A stretch of 64,000 nucleotides of DNA from Acidimicrobiales bacterium (GCA_035625025.1 DASPQJ010000054.1:71764-135763); one strand, 5' to 3'. Shown: positions 27,628 through 36,845, numbered from the stretch's first letter. A program made the numbers and translations. Notes: generated by a model not told the origin, from the sequence alone.

Positions 27628-28097
27628 TGGCGCGGAACAACGACCGGGAGCGCTCGACGCGTCGCGTGCCGAAGGACAACGGCAGACGGACAAAGAAGAA
27701 GGTCTGCATCTTCTGCAAGGACCGGATTGAACACGTGGACTATAAGGACGTGAACCTGCTGCGCAAGTTCATGTCCGACCGTGGCAAGATCCGTGCCCGA
27801 CGGGTTTCGGGCAACTGCGCCCAGCACCAGCGTGACGTCGCGACCGCGATCAAATTGACGCGGGAACTCGCGTTGCTCCCCTACACGCAGCGGACGACGA
27901 GCGAACGTCCCGGCGGGCGCGGGGGCGGACGCGCGGCCGAGCGCGCGACGGGGTTCTCACGCTCGCTCGGTCGGCCGGCAACCGTTGCCGCCGTGGCCGA
28001 GCCGGAGGTGGCGACCGAGACCGAGGACGACCTTGACGCCCCAGACGAGGAGGCGTTGGTCGACGACGAGACGGAGGAATCGGAGAACCCGGAGTGA
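27627..28097 (+). CDS. rpsR: 30S ribosomal protein S18 with a long acidic C-terminal extension
   Basis: S18 core ..[65 protein letters not shown]. About 69 further residues follow (Gly/Arg-rich, then ..[26 protein letters not shown]). The start overlaps the ssb stop (TGATG), and the stop overlaps the rplI GTG. Confidence 0.9.
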   Translation: MARNNDRERSTRRVPKDNGRRTKKKVCIFCKDRIEHVDYKDVNLLRKFMSDRGKIRARRVSGNCAQHQRDVATAIKLTRELALLPYTQRTTSERPGGRGGGRAAERATGFSRSLGRPATVAAVAEPEVATETEDDLDAPDEEALVDDETEESENPE

Positions 28098-28537
28098 GAA
28101 TCGTCCTGCGGACTGACGTCGAGGGCATCGGCAAACGTGGCGACCTCGTCGAGGTGAGCGACGGCCATGCCCGGAACTTCCTCCTTCCTTCAGGACAGGC
28201 AATCGCCGCGACGCGCAATATCTCCACGCAGGCGACCGCGATGCGCCGGGCCCGTGATGTTGCCGACCAACACGCGCGAGAAGCCGCCGAGTCAATCGCG
28301 CAACAGCTCGTGCCGGTGGTCATCACCGTTCACGCCCACGCCGGCAAGGCGGGGCGGTTGTTCGGTTCAGTAACGCCGGCCGAAATCGTTGCCGCGGTCG
28401 AGGCGCAAACGTCAGTCGTGCTCGACCGGCACAAGCTCATCATCCACGAACCGATCAAGTCAGTGGGGACGCACGAAGTCGGCGTCCATCTCCATCCTGA
28501 GGTGGAGTTCGTGCTCACGGTCGAGGTCGTCGGCTAG
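28094..28537 (+). CDS. rplI: 50S ribosomal protein L9
   Basis: [40 protein letters not shown].. is a typical L9 N-domain, and the gene order rpsF-ssb-rpsR-rplI is conserved. Confidence 0.96.
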   Translation: MRIVLRTDVEGIGKRGDLVEVSDGHARNFLLPSGQAIAATRNISTQATAMRRARDVADQHAREAAESIAQQLVPVVITVHAHAGKAGRLFGSVTPAEIVAAVEAQTSVVLDRHKLIIHEPIKSVGTHEVGVHLHPEVEFVLTVEVVG

Positions 28538-28759
28538 GCATTTTCGATCAAATCGGACGCCGTCGTACTCACGCCGGCAGGAACGTCACATCCCCTTCGT
28601 AGCTTTCAGTGATATGGATGGATTGGCCGAAGTGCGCCCGCGAGGCAAGCAGCCGGCGGAACGCACAGACCCGCCGATGTACTCCACCGGAAACCCACAG
28701 CGTGGTTCGGTTTATCCGGAAGATGTCCGTCTATCGATTCGCAGCCGCCCGGGTGCAGT

Positions 28760-30145
28760 GTGAGGCCGATCATGTTGCAGCCGCTCGAGGAAGCCCGACG
28801 ACGCCCGCGTCAAGTCGCGGTCCCCGTCGCTTCGGGACGGATCCCGCCGCACAACCTGGAAGCCGAGGAGTCGCTCCTCGGTGCGATGCTGCTCTCGCGT
28901 GATGCGATCGCAACGGCGATCGAGCGGTGCTCACCTTCTGACTTCTACAAGCCCTCGCATGCGCAGATCTTCGGGGCGATCACCTCGCTCTACGGTCAGG
29001 GGGAGCCGGCCGACGCGGTCACCGTTTCCGAGGAACTAAGGCGCGCGGGCGTACTAGAGGAGATCGGCGGCGCGGCGATGCTCGGATCGCTGCAGTCGAA
29101 TACCCCGGCGATCTCCAGCGCAGGTCGCTACGCCCGTATCGTCGAGGAGAACTCGCTCTTGCGTCGTCTGATCGGCGTGGCCCAGGAGATCGCCGAGATC
29201 GGCTACGGGCTGCCGGACGATGTCGTCGACGCGATCGACCGCGCTGAGGCGATGGTTTTTGACGTCGCTCAGCGTCGGTCCGCGGACAGCATCGCCTCGC
29301 TGCACGACCTGCTCGGTCGCAGTCTCGACCGGCTCGAGGAGCTGTACGACCGGGGCGAGACGATCACCGGGGTGCCGACCGGCTACCAGGACCTCGACGA
29401 GCACCTTTCGGGTCTGCAGCCCTCGAATCTCATTGTCGTCGGCGGCCGGCCATCGATGGGGAAGACCGCCTTCGCGCTCGGTCTTGCCGCGAATGCGGCG
29501 ATGTTAGGCACGCCCGTGCTCTTCTTCTCGCTCGAAATGAGCCACCTCGAAGTCGCCCAGCGCGTGCTGTGTGCCGAGGCGCGCGTCGACGCCACTCGGA
29601 TGCGCAACGGTCGGCTTCTCGAAGCCGACTGGCCGAAGATCTCCAACGCAATCGGTCGGATCGGTGGTGCACCTCTCCATATCGATGACGACCCCAACGT
29701 GACGGTGATGGACATCCGCGCCAAGTCGCGGCGGTTGCGGGCCCGGGACGGGCTCGGTCTCGTCGTCGTCGACTACCTGCAGCTGATGAGCGGGCGGACG
29801 AACGCCGAGAATCGTCAAGTAGAGATCTCCGAGATCAGTCGCGGTCTGAAGATCCTCGCCCGCGAGCTCGAGATCCCTGTCGTCGCGCTGAGCCAACTGT
29901 CCCGCGGGCTCGAGAGCCGCGCGGACAAACACCCGATGCTCGCCGACTTGCGTGAGTCGGGCGCCATTGAACAGGACGCCGATGTCGTGATGTTCATCTA
30001 TCGGGACGAGATCTACAATCCGGATTCACCGGACCGCGGCGCGGCCGAGATCCACATCGCCAAGCACCGCAACGGCCCGACCGGTGCCGTCCAGCTCGCG
30101 TTCGTCACGAACTACGCCCGCTTCGCGAACATGGCCCACGTGTAG
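28760..30145 (+). CDS. dnaB: Replicative DNA helicase DnaB (no intein)
   Basis: ..PPHNLEAEESLLGAMLLSRDAI.., Walker A GGRPSMGKTAFAL and ..ALSQLSRGLE... The 461-aa length leaves no room for an intein. The start is GTG 28760 or ATG 28772. Confidence 0.96.
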   Translation: MRPIMLQPLEEARRRPRQVAVPVASGRIPPHNLEAEESLLGAMLLSRDAIATAIERCSPSDFYKPSHAQIFGAITSLYGQGEPADAVTVSEELRRAGVLEEIGGAAMLGSLQSNTPAISSAGRYARIVEENSLLRRLIGVAQEIAEIGYGLPDDVVDAIDRAEAMVFDVAQRRSADSIASLHDLLGRSLDRLEELYDRGETITGVPTGYQDLDEHLSGLQPSNLIVVGGRPSMGKTAFALGLAANAAMLGTPVLFFSLEMSHLEVAQRVLCAEARVDATRMRNGRLLEADWPKISNAIGRIGGAPLHIDDDPNVTVMDIRAKSRRLRARDGLGLVVVDYLQLMSGRTNAENRQVEISEISRGLKILARELEIPVVALSQLSRGLESRADKHPMLADLRESGAIEQDADVVMFIYRDEIYNPDSPDRGAAEIHIAKHRNGPTGAVQLAFVTNYARFANMAHV

Positions 30146-30217
30146 TCGCCGGCTCTCGACAGTCGGCGTACAGACGGTTCACAGGTTTTTTTCAGCTCAG
30201 CGAAGCATGATCGTGCC

Positions 30218-30916
30218 GTGAGCGCTGCGACAGGCCGTGTCCTGGTCGTCGACGACGAGGCGAACATCACCGATCTCGTCGCGACCGCGTTGCGCTACGA
30301 GGGTTTCGAGGTCACGACCGCGCAGTCCGGACGCGCCGCGCTCAACGAGGTCGGGTCGAACCGGCCGGACCTGCTCATTCTCGACGTGATGCTTCCCGAC
30401 CTGGACGGGTTCGAGGTGGCGAGGCGGATCCGCCAGGACGGACGCCGGTTGCCGATCCTGTTCCTCACGGCGAAGGACGCCACCGAGGACAAGGTCCGGG
30501 GACTGACGCTCGGTGGCGACGACTACGTGACGAAGCCGTTCAGCCTCGAGGAGCTGATCGCTCGGGTGCGCGCGGTTCTGCGACGGGTGGCCGAGGGAGT
30601 CGGGGCCACGTCGCGGCTAGTCTTTTCGGACCTCGAACTCGACGAGGAAACCCACGAGGTGTTTCGTGGGAAGACCCCGGTCGAACTCACTCCGACGGAG
30701 TTCAAGCTCCTTCGGTACTTCCTCTTGAACCCGCGCCGCGTGCTCTCAAAGGCGCAGATCCTCGACTACGTCTGGGAGTACGACTTCGGCGGCGACGCCA
30801 ACGTCGTCGAGACCTACGTGAGCTACTTGCGCAAGAAGATTGATATCCTCGGACCGCCGCTCATCCACACGCTCCGGGGCGTCGGATACAGCCTGCGGGT
30901 CCCGGCGGCGAACTAA
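30218..30916 (+). CDS. OmpR/PhoB-family response regulator
   Basis: Receiver domain RVLVVDDE..DLLILDVMLPDLDGF..ILFLTAKD and a winged-helix output domain ..LTPTEFKLLRYFL..VETYVSYLRKKI..IHTLRGVGYSL. Confidence 0.94.
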   Translation: MSAATGRVLVVDDEANITDLVATALRYEGFEVTTAQSGRAALNEVGSNRPDLLILDVMLPDLDGFEVARRIRQDGRRLPILFLTAKDATEDKVRGLTLGGDDYVTKPFSLEELIARVRAVLRRVAEGVGATSRLVFSDLELDEETHEVFRGKTPVELTPTEFKLLRYFLLNPRRVLSKAQILDYVWEYDFGGDANVVETYVSYLRKKIDILGPPLIHTLRGVGYSLRVPAAN

Positions 30917-30926
30917 GCCCGGCGTG

Positions 30927-32462
30927 ATGCGGTGGTTTCGCCGGGTTCGGGCTCTCGGTTCGGCGATCGCGAGACGATTCCGCCGGCTGTCGCTTCGGGC
31001 GCGTCTCTCGCTCGGCCTCGTCCTCGTCGTCGGGGTCGGGCTCGTCGTCGCCGACATTGTCGTCTATAGCCAAGTCGAGTCGTACCTGCTCAGCCAGGTC
31101 GATTCGGAGCTGAACACCGCCCTGCAGCCCGTCGTGCGCCAGTTGACGTCCGGCGGCGGCTTCTTCAGCGGGAACTTCGGGTTCGGTCGGGACACACCGC
31201 CCGGCACGTGCGGCGCCCTGATCGATTCGTCGGGGGTCGTCACCGAGACCCCGTCGACGAGCCTGGAAGGACGACCAGCACCGGACTTTCCGGCGAGCTT
31301 GCGCACCCCGTCAAGCTCTGGGACGGCCAGCTACTTCTCGGTCGGGGCGAACGGCGACTCCTCGTTCCGCTACCGGGTACTGGCCCAGCCGGAGACTCTT
31401 CTTATCTTCGGCAGCGAGACCCCCGGCTACGCAGTAGTCGCCATCCCGCTCACCTCGCTCGACCAGACTCTCAGCCAGCTCGTGACGATCGACGTCGCCG
31501 TCTCGGCCGCGGTGCTCGTCGTCCTCGCGCTCCTGGGGCTCGTGGTGATCCGGGTCGGGATGCGGCCGCTCGTCGCCATCGAGCGGACAGCAGGCGCGAT
31601 CGCGGCGGGTGACCTCTCGCGCCGCGTCGAGCCCGCCGACACGCACACCGAGGTCGGCCGGCTCGGTACGTCCTTGAACAAGATGCTCGCCCAAATCGAA
31701 CAGGCCTTCGCCGAACAGCAAGCCTCCGAAGCACGGCTCCGCCAGTTCCTCGCTGATGCCTCGCACGAGCTCCGCACGCCGCTCACGTCGATTCGCGGCT
31801 ACTCGGAACTGTTCCGGCGGGGGGCCGCCGACCATCCAGAGGATCTCACGTCGGCGATGCGTCGCATCGAGGACGAGGCGGCGCGGATGGGCGTTCTCGT
31901 CGACGACCTCCTGCTGCTCGCCCGGCTCGATCAGGGCCGCCCGCTGGAACGGGCCCCCGTCGACCTCGCGGAGATAGCACGGGAGGTAAGCGCCGACGCC
32001 AGTGTGGTGGACGCCGAACGCCCGATCACGCTCGAGGCATCGGCGCCGATCATCGTGATCGGCGACGAGCAACGGTTGCGCCAGGCCCTCGCCAACCTGG
32101 TCCGCAACGCCCTCGAGCACACGCCCCCCGGGACTCCCGTCGAGGTGAGCGTCCGGGTGGAAGCTGACCGAGCGGTGCTCACCGTTGCCGATCATGGTCC
32201 CGGGATCCCGCCGGAGCATCTCCCCCGGATCTTCGAGCGCTTCTACCGTGCCGACCCGGCGCGAACCCGTGAGAGTGGTGGGATGGGTCTCGGGCTCGCG
32301 ATCGTGTTGTCGATTGCCGAGGCGCACGGCGGCTCGGCCCGAGTCGAGAGCGAGATGGGGTCGGGCGCGACCTTCCTTGTCGAGCTGCCGCTCGCGACGC
32401 AAGCGGCGGGTGGCGTCGACAGTGGACGTCCGTCAACCGGGCCCGGGCAGGTGGCCGGGTAG
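30927..32462 (+). CDS. Sensor histidine kinase (2 TM + HAMP + HisKA + HATPase_c)
   Basis: H-box FLADASHELRTPLTSIRGY, N/G boxes ..NLVRNALEHTP.. and ..GGMGLGLAIV... The start is ATG 30927 or GTG 30924, just after the regulator stop; the track ORF extends upstream to 30840. Confidence 0.92.
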   Translation: MRWFRRVRALGSAIARRFRRLSLRARLSLGLVLVVGVGLVVADIVVYSQVESYLLSQVDSELNTALQPVVRQLTSGGGFFSGNFGFGRDTPPGTCGALIDSSGVVTETPSTSLEGRPAPDFPASLRTPSSSGTASYFSVGANGDSSFRYRVLAQPETLLIFGSETPGYAVVAIPLTSLDQTLSQLVTIDVAVSAAVLVVLALLGLVVIRVGMRPLVAIERTAGAIAAGDLSRRVEPADTHTEVGRLGTSLNKMLAQIEQAFAEQQASEARLRQFLADASHELRTPLTSIRGYSELFRRGAADHPEDLTSAMRRIEDEAARMGVLVDDLLLLARLDQGRPLERAPVDLAEIAREVSADASVVDAERPITLEASAPIIVIGDEQRLRQALANLVRNALEHTPPGTPVEVSVRVEADRAVLTVADHGPGIPPEHLPRIFERFYRADPARTRESGGMGLGLAIVLSIAEAHGGSARVESEMGSGATFLVELPLATQAAGGVDSGRPSTGPGQVAG

Positions 32463-32646
32463 GTCATTGAGGCAGCGGAGTCGAGTGACTCTGGCGTGGG
32501 CCGTGGCACGAGTGGAACGCCCGGTCCGGGGGAAGTTTCCTCTGCACAGGGGCCGGATCGGCTCCGAGAAAGCGGATCCTCTGTGTAACCTACCGCGGGA
32601 TCGGCCAACTTGAACCGCTTTATGACCGGAGCTGGCCCTCGGTACG

Positions 32647-33687
32647 ATGAACACGGTGGAGTATCGGATCCTCGGACGAACCGGCGTTCGTGTCAGCGCC
32701 TTCTGTCTCGGGGCGATGATGTTCGGCGCATGGGGCAATAGCGACCACGACGAGTGCATCCGGATCGTGCACCGGGCCCTCGACGGCGGGATCAACTTCA
32801 TCGACACCGCCGACGTCTACTCGGCGGGCGAGTCCGAGGAGATTGTCGGCAAGGCTCTGGCGGGCGGGCGGCGTGACGGCGTGGTCCTCGCCACGAAGGT
32901 CCACAGTGCGATGGGCGCAGACCCGAACGAGCGCGGCAACTCACGACGGTGGATCACGATCGAGTGCGAGGCGAGCCTCAGAAGGCTCGGCACGGATTAC
33001 ATCGACATCTACCAGATCCACCGTCCCGACCCGACCTGCGCCATCGACGAGACGCTCGGCGCGCTCACCGACCTCGTCCGGGCGGGCAAGATCCGCTACT
33101 TCGGGAGCTCGACCTTTCCGGCTCACGAGATCGTCGAAGCCCAGTGGGTCGCGGAGCGCCGCGGCCGGGAGCGTTTCGTCACGGAGCAGCCGCCGTATTC
33201 GATCCTCGCACGGGGCGTCGAGAGCGCCGTGCTCCCGGTCTGCCTCGAGTACGGCATCGGGGTCATCTCCTGGGGTCCCCTCGCCGGAGGTTGGCTTGCC
33301 GGGAGCTTTGGAGCTGGCAAACGGAACACGAGCCGCCGGTCGGCGCGGATCCCCGCGCGCTATGACCTGTCGCTTCCGGAGAACCAGCGCAAGCTCGAGC
33401 TCGTGGCGGCGCTCGATCACCTGGCCGAGGAATCAGGGCTCACCCTCGTCGAGCTCGCGATGGGTTTTGTCCTAGAGCACCCCGCGATCACGGCGCCGAT
33501 CATCGGGCCGCGCACCCTGGAGCATCTGGAGTCGCTGCTGCGCACGGCGGACATCGTCCTTTCGGTGGAAGTACTCGACCGAATCGACGAAATCGTCCCT
33601 CCCGGCGTGACCTGCAATGCCGCCGATTCCGGCTGGGAGCCGTCGGCGCTCACCGACGCGTCACGGCGCCGACGCCGTCGTGCCTAG
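32647..33687 (+). CDS. Aldo/keto reductase family oxidoreductase
   Basis: ..YRILGRTGVRVSAFCLGAMMFG..INFIDTADVYSAGESEEIVGKAL..YIDIYQIHRPD.. are characteristic AKR motifs. Confidence 0.92.
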   Translation: MNTVEYRILGRTGVRVSAFCLGAMMFGAWGNSDHDECIRIVHRALDGGINFIDTADVYSAGESEEIVGKALAGGRRDGVVLATKVHSAMGADPNERGNSRRWITIECEASLRRLGTDYIDIYQIHRPDPTCAIDETLGALTDLVRAGKIRYFGSSTFPAHEIVEAQWVAERRGRERFVTEQPPYSILARGVESAVLPVCLEYGIGVISWGPLAGGWLAGSFGAGKRNTSRRSARIPARYDLSLPENQRKLELVAALDHLAEESGLTLVELAMGFVLEHPAITAPIIGPRTLEHLESLLRTADIVLSVEVLDRIDEIVPPGVTCNAADSGWEPSALTDASRRRRRRA

Positions 33688-33899
33688 AGACTCTGAACGA
33701 AGCATCTGAGGATGCGCGCGGCTTGCCTTCACCTGCCGCGATGGGGTCAAGGAGCAGAAATCGAACCGAGGTCGCCAGCTCCTCGGGGCGGCGGCCTTCT
33801 GCTGCCGGCTCGTCCCGGACGACTCGGGCCGGCCTTTCCCGCCGAGCAGTGCCGCGAGCCTTCCGCGACAGGACTTCTCCGGTCTCCTCCCTTCCGGGA

Positions 33900-34790
33900 A
33901 GGGTCGTTTCTCCATTCGCCGACGTCATCTGCTCGGTGATGGTGCGCCAAGTCCTCGGGGGACTGTCGGATCGCGGCGCGATCCGACGGTTGCGGAACCG
34001 CATCGACTGGAAGGTCGTCTGGGGCCTGAGGCGCGACGACGCGGGCCGGCCCCCGCCGAGGTGACCGCCCGGAACGGGTCTTCGACGCGGCGCGCCGGGC
34101 CCCCGGCGGATCACCCGGGAGGTGGCGAGGGAGCGGATGGTCTCGACCGTCGAGCCGGGTCCCGGCCGCCGCGAAGACGGTCCGGCGGAAGAGGACGGCC
34201 CCAAGGCGCACCCGCCGCGGCGCCGGGGAGGGATCGTCGCCGCCGCCGCGCCGACCTTGGCGAACCGGCCCACCTACCAGCCGCGTCAAGAACGTCACTC
34301 GATACAACACCTAGGGCTCCGGACCCGCCCGGGCGGCCCTCCGGGCCGCCGGCCCCCGGCCCGTCGTCAAGCCCCAGCCCCTCCCGAGGCCGATCCCCGG
34401 GGGCTTCACCCGGGATGACTCCTCTCGCCGGCGAGACCGGCCGCGTCAGCGGTCCTGCCGGGGTGACCCGGCGATCTCCCCGAGGGGCTCGGCCAACTTC
34501 GACCGCTCCGGTGAGCTGCCAGCGGCGCAGCCATTGCACGAGGCGCGCCGGACGAGCCGGTCCTCCTCCCTGGGTGGCCGAGCTCGTCGTGGCCCAGGCG
34601 GGCCGGCGGGCGGGCGGCGGCCGCGCCGGGTACCGCTCCCCCCGCCCGACGGTGGAGCGCGCCAGGGCCTGGCTCGTCGCCCGGGGAACCGCCGTCTCCT
34701 CCCGCGGCGTCGAGCAACGCCAGGGCTTGAGGCCCCGGGTCGCCGCGCTGAACCTGCGCCGCACCGGCAACCGCGGGCTCGTCTTTGCCG
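33900..34790 (+). mobile_element. Decayed IS5-family (DUF772 + DDE_Tnp_1 type) transposase remnant, multiply frameshifted
   Basis: Frame of 33723..34064: ..ICSVMVRQVLGGLSDRGAIRRLRNRIDWKVVWGLRRDDAG.. resembles the transposase DUF772 N-domain (..LSDR....R.RIDWKY.LGL..DD.G). Frame of 34061..34906: ..RPTVERARAWLVARG....RGVEQRQGLRPRVAALNLRR.. resembles the IS4/IS5 C-terminal R.VVERtFAWL..RRL..YE......A..NL.R motif. No single ORF spans both parts. The region is extremely GC-rich, with long ORFs open in all frames. Confidence 0.5.
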
Positions 34791-35000
34791 GCAGCTGGCA
34801 ACTCCCGAGCGGATGGCCGGGGCCCGCGGGCGACCGGGAGGAAGTCACCCCCGACCCAAACGCCGTCAGCGTGTCCGGCCCTCATCTTTCCGGGCCGGCT
34901 CTTTGACCGGTCCCTCTCCCGAGGACCGGAAGGGACCCGACGGCCCGATGGCGCCCAAGTGGGTCTTGTTCAGCGGTCTCCTCGAGCCGTTCATCGGCTG

Positions 35001-35049
35001 TTCACGTTGGGGAAACACAGTCTTCTCACAGAGGCCACAGCCTAGAAAC
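35001..35049 (+). promoter_or_regulatory. Two GlnR-box-like half-site pairs upstream of amt
   Basis: TTCAC-gttggg-GAAAC (35001-35016) and GCCAC-agccta-GAAAC (35034-35049) fit the actinobacterial GlnR pattern gTnAC-n6-GaAAC. They lie 65-115 nt upstream of the amt ATG. Confidence 0.35.
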
Positions 35050-35114
35050 CCGGCTTCTTTAACCTCAAGGCGACCGCGCGGCTTGAGAAGCCTGACGTCA
35101 GCTGAGGAGGCCGG

Positions 35115-36608
35115 ATGCTCGTCCCCTATCCGCACTGGCTTAACCCAGGGGACAACGCCTGGCAGCTAACTGCGGCGACGCTCGTCGGATTGATGAGCCT
35201 GCCGGGCATCGCCGTTCTCTACGGCGGCATCGTGAAGCGGAAGTGGGCCGTCAACACGATGCTCATGGCGTTCGCCGGCTTCGCCGGCGTCCTCGTCGTG
35301 TGGGTGCTGTGGGCCTACGAAATGGGCTTCGGCCACCCGTTTAATCTCTGGCACGGAACCCTCAGCCCGTTCATCGGTCTGCCTGGATCGATCTTGTCGC
35401 ACGCCTACGAGGAGGGTCAGGCGGTCATCCCGCTCCTCAAGGGTGCGATGCCGGCCCTGCACTTCCCGACCTCGAGCCTCGCCTACTTCCAGTTCGTGTT
35501 TGCCGCGATCACACCCTTGCTCTTTCTGGGAAGCGTGCTTGGGCGGATGAGCTTCAAGGCCTGGTGCGTCTTCGTTCCCGCTTGGACGACGTGCGCCTAC
35601 ACGGTAAACGCGATGCTGCTGTGGGGCGGCGGGTACTGGGCCGCACGCGGCGCCCTGGACTACTCCGGTGGCTACGTCATCCACCTCGCGGCCGGGGTGT
35701 CCGGATTCGTCGCCGCTTCGGTGATCGGTCCCCGTCTCGCCAGGGACCGTTGCGCCTTCCCGCCGACCAACCTCATGCTCGTGGCCGTCGGCATGGGGAT
35801 GCTCTGGCTGGGCTGGAATGGATTCAACGGCGGCGACTCGTACTTCGCAGGCGCCAACGCCTCGGCGGCGGTACTCAACACGAACCTCGCGACCGCGACC
35901 GCCCTGCTTGTCTGGGTCGTGATCGACATGCACTTCGGTCCGAAGAAACCGAACTTCCTCGGCGCGGTGAACGGGATGATCGTCGGGCTCGTCGCGATCA
36001 CGCCCGCCGCCGGTTACGTCAACGGCTGGGGAGCGCTCTGCATCGGCGCGATCGCGTCGGTCTTGGTCTGGCTCGCGTTCAACAAACTTTCCCGGTTTCG
36101 ACCCTTCAGCAAAGTCGACGACGCGCTCGGTGTCGTGTACACGCACGGCTTTGCGGGACTCTTCGGCGGTCTGCTCACCGGCGTCTTCGCCGACCCGAAG
36201 ATGATCGTGTACCTCTCGGCCAATGGTCAGTCGACGGGGGTGGCGGGTGCCGCCTATGGCCACCCGGGTCTCGTCTGGGTACAGTTCCTCGCCGCCCTGA
36301 CGATCATCGTCTGGGACGGCACGGTCACGTTTGTCCTCCTCAAGATCATCGGCCTCGTCATACCGTTGCGGATGAAGGAGTCGGAGCTGAAGATCGGCGA
36401 CCTCGCCGTCCACGCCGAGTACGTCGACCTGTCGGTCGACGACGAACGGCTGCTCCAGATGATCTCCGACGGGCGCGGCCAGGCGCTGACCGGTGAGTCG
36501 CTGCCGGCCAGCGCTGGAGGCCGGCCGGCACCGCCGGAACCGACCGTGACGAACGGGAACGGGAACGGGAACGGAAACGGCAACGGCGACGCGTCGAGCG
36601 GTGGCTGA
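35115..36608 (+). CDS. amt: Ammonium transporter (Amt family) with C-terminal cytoplasmic extension
   Basis: 497-aa polytopic ORF with ..NAWQLTAATLVGLMSLPGIAVLYGG.. and ..DYSGGYVIHLAAGVSGFVAA..LWLGWNGFNGG... The preceding GAGGAGG is a good SD. The last ~80 aa are non-membrane and end in (NG)6. Confidence 0.95.
   Translation: MLVPYPHWLNPGDNAWQLTAATLVGLMSLPGIAVLYGGIVKRKWAVNTMLMAFAGFAGVLVVWVLWAYEMGFGHPFNLWHGTLSPFIGLPGSILSHAYEEGQAVIPLLKGAMPALHFPTSSLAYFQFVFAAITPLLFLGSVLGRMSFKAWCVFVPAWTTCAYTVNAMLLWGGGYWAARGALDYSGGYVIHLAAGVSGFVAASVIGPRLARDRCAFPPTNLMLVAVGMGMLWLGWNGFNGGDSYFAGANASAAVLNTNLATATALLVWVVIDMHFGPKKPNFLGAVNGMIVGLVAITPAAGYVNGWGALCIGAIASVLVWLAFNKLSRFRPFSKVDDALGVVYTHGFAGLFGGLLTGVFADPKMIVYLSANGQSTGVAGAAYGHPGLVWVQFLAALTIIVWDGTVTFVLLKIIGLVIPLRMKESELKIGDLAVHAEYVDLSVDDERLLQMISDGRGQALTGESLPASAGGRPAPPEPTVTNGNGNGNGNGNGDASSGG
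36552..36587 (+). repeat. Hexanucleotide coding microsatellite (AACGGN)6 encoding (Asn-Gly)6 in the amt tail
   Basis: aacggg aacggg aacggg aacgga aacggc aacggc, in frame within amt. Confidence 0.9.
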
Positions 36609-36692
36609 CGTGACGGCTGGTATCGAGGTGCGTCTTCTACCTGTCGAGGGATGGGGGGAAAGGGCGTCTTTTCCTGGGACCCGCGGATGATC

Positions 36693-36731
36693 GGTGTCCG
36701 GGTTGCGCCTGGGGGGCGCATCCCGGACACC
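36693..36731 (+). terminator. Strong GC-rich stem-loop downstream of amt (possible terminator or attenuator before gltB)
   Basis: GGTGTCCGGG-ttGCGCC-tgggg-GGCGCa-tCCCGGACACC has nested perfect arms of 10 bp and 5-6 bp. There is no U-tract, as is common in high-GC actinobacterial terminators. Confidence 0.3.
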
Positions 36732-36845
36732 TCGGAATTCGAGAGTTTCGGCTCCGGCTTGTAGAGTTTTGGTGCTCGGCCCATGGCCTCCTGGCAATCC
36801 GGCGAATCTGCACGGTGTTGTCGCTCTACAGACAAGCGAATTCAA

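Noticed and set aside
28609-28902. 97-aa ORF in the rplI-dnaB spacer
   Set aside because: It overlaps the dnaB 5' end in another frame and has no recognisable features. The spacer is more likely the dnaB promoter and leader.
28760-30145. Intein in dnaB, which is common in Actinomycetota; gyrA was also considered
   Set aside because: DnaB is 461 aa with contiguous helicase motifs, so no insertion is present. The visible part of gyrA is also collinear with homologs.
33650-34906. Several 200-280-aa ORFs on both strands (33650..34273 -, 34061..34906 +, 34111..34848 -, 33747..34310 -)
   Set aside because: They overlap one another and consist of Arg/Pro/Gly/Ala low-complexity sequence in an extremely GC-rich stretch. 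They are best explained as frames of a decayed IS5-like transposase plus shadow ORFs, not as functional genes.
36552-36587. Tandem repeat considered as a possible CRISPR or other non-coding array
   Set aside because: The unit is only 6 nt, the repeat is in frame inside amt, and there are no spacers. It is a coding microsatellite. I saw no CRISPR-like repeat-spacer structure anywhere in the window.
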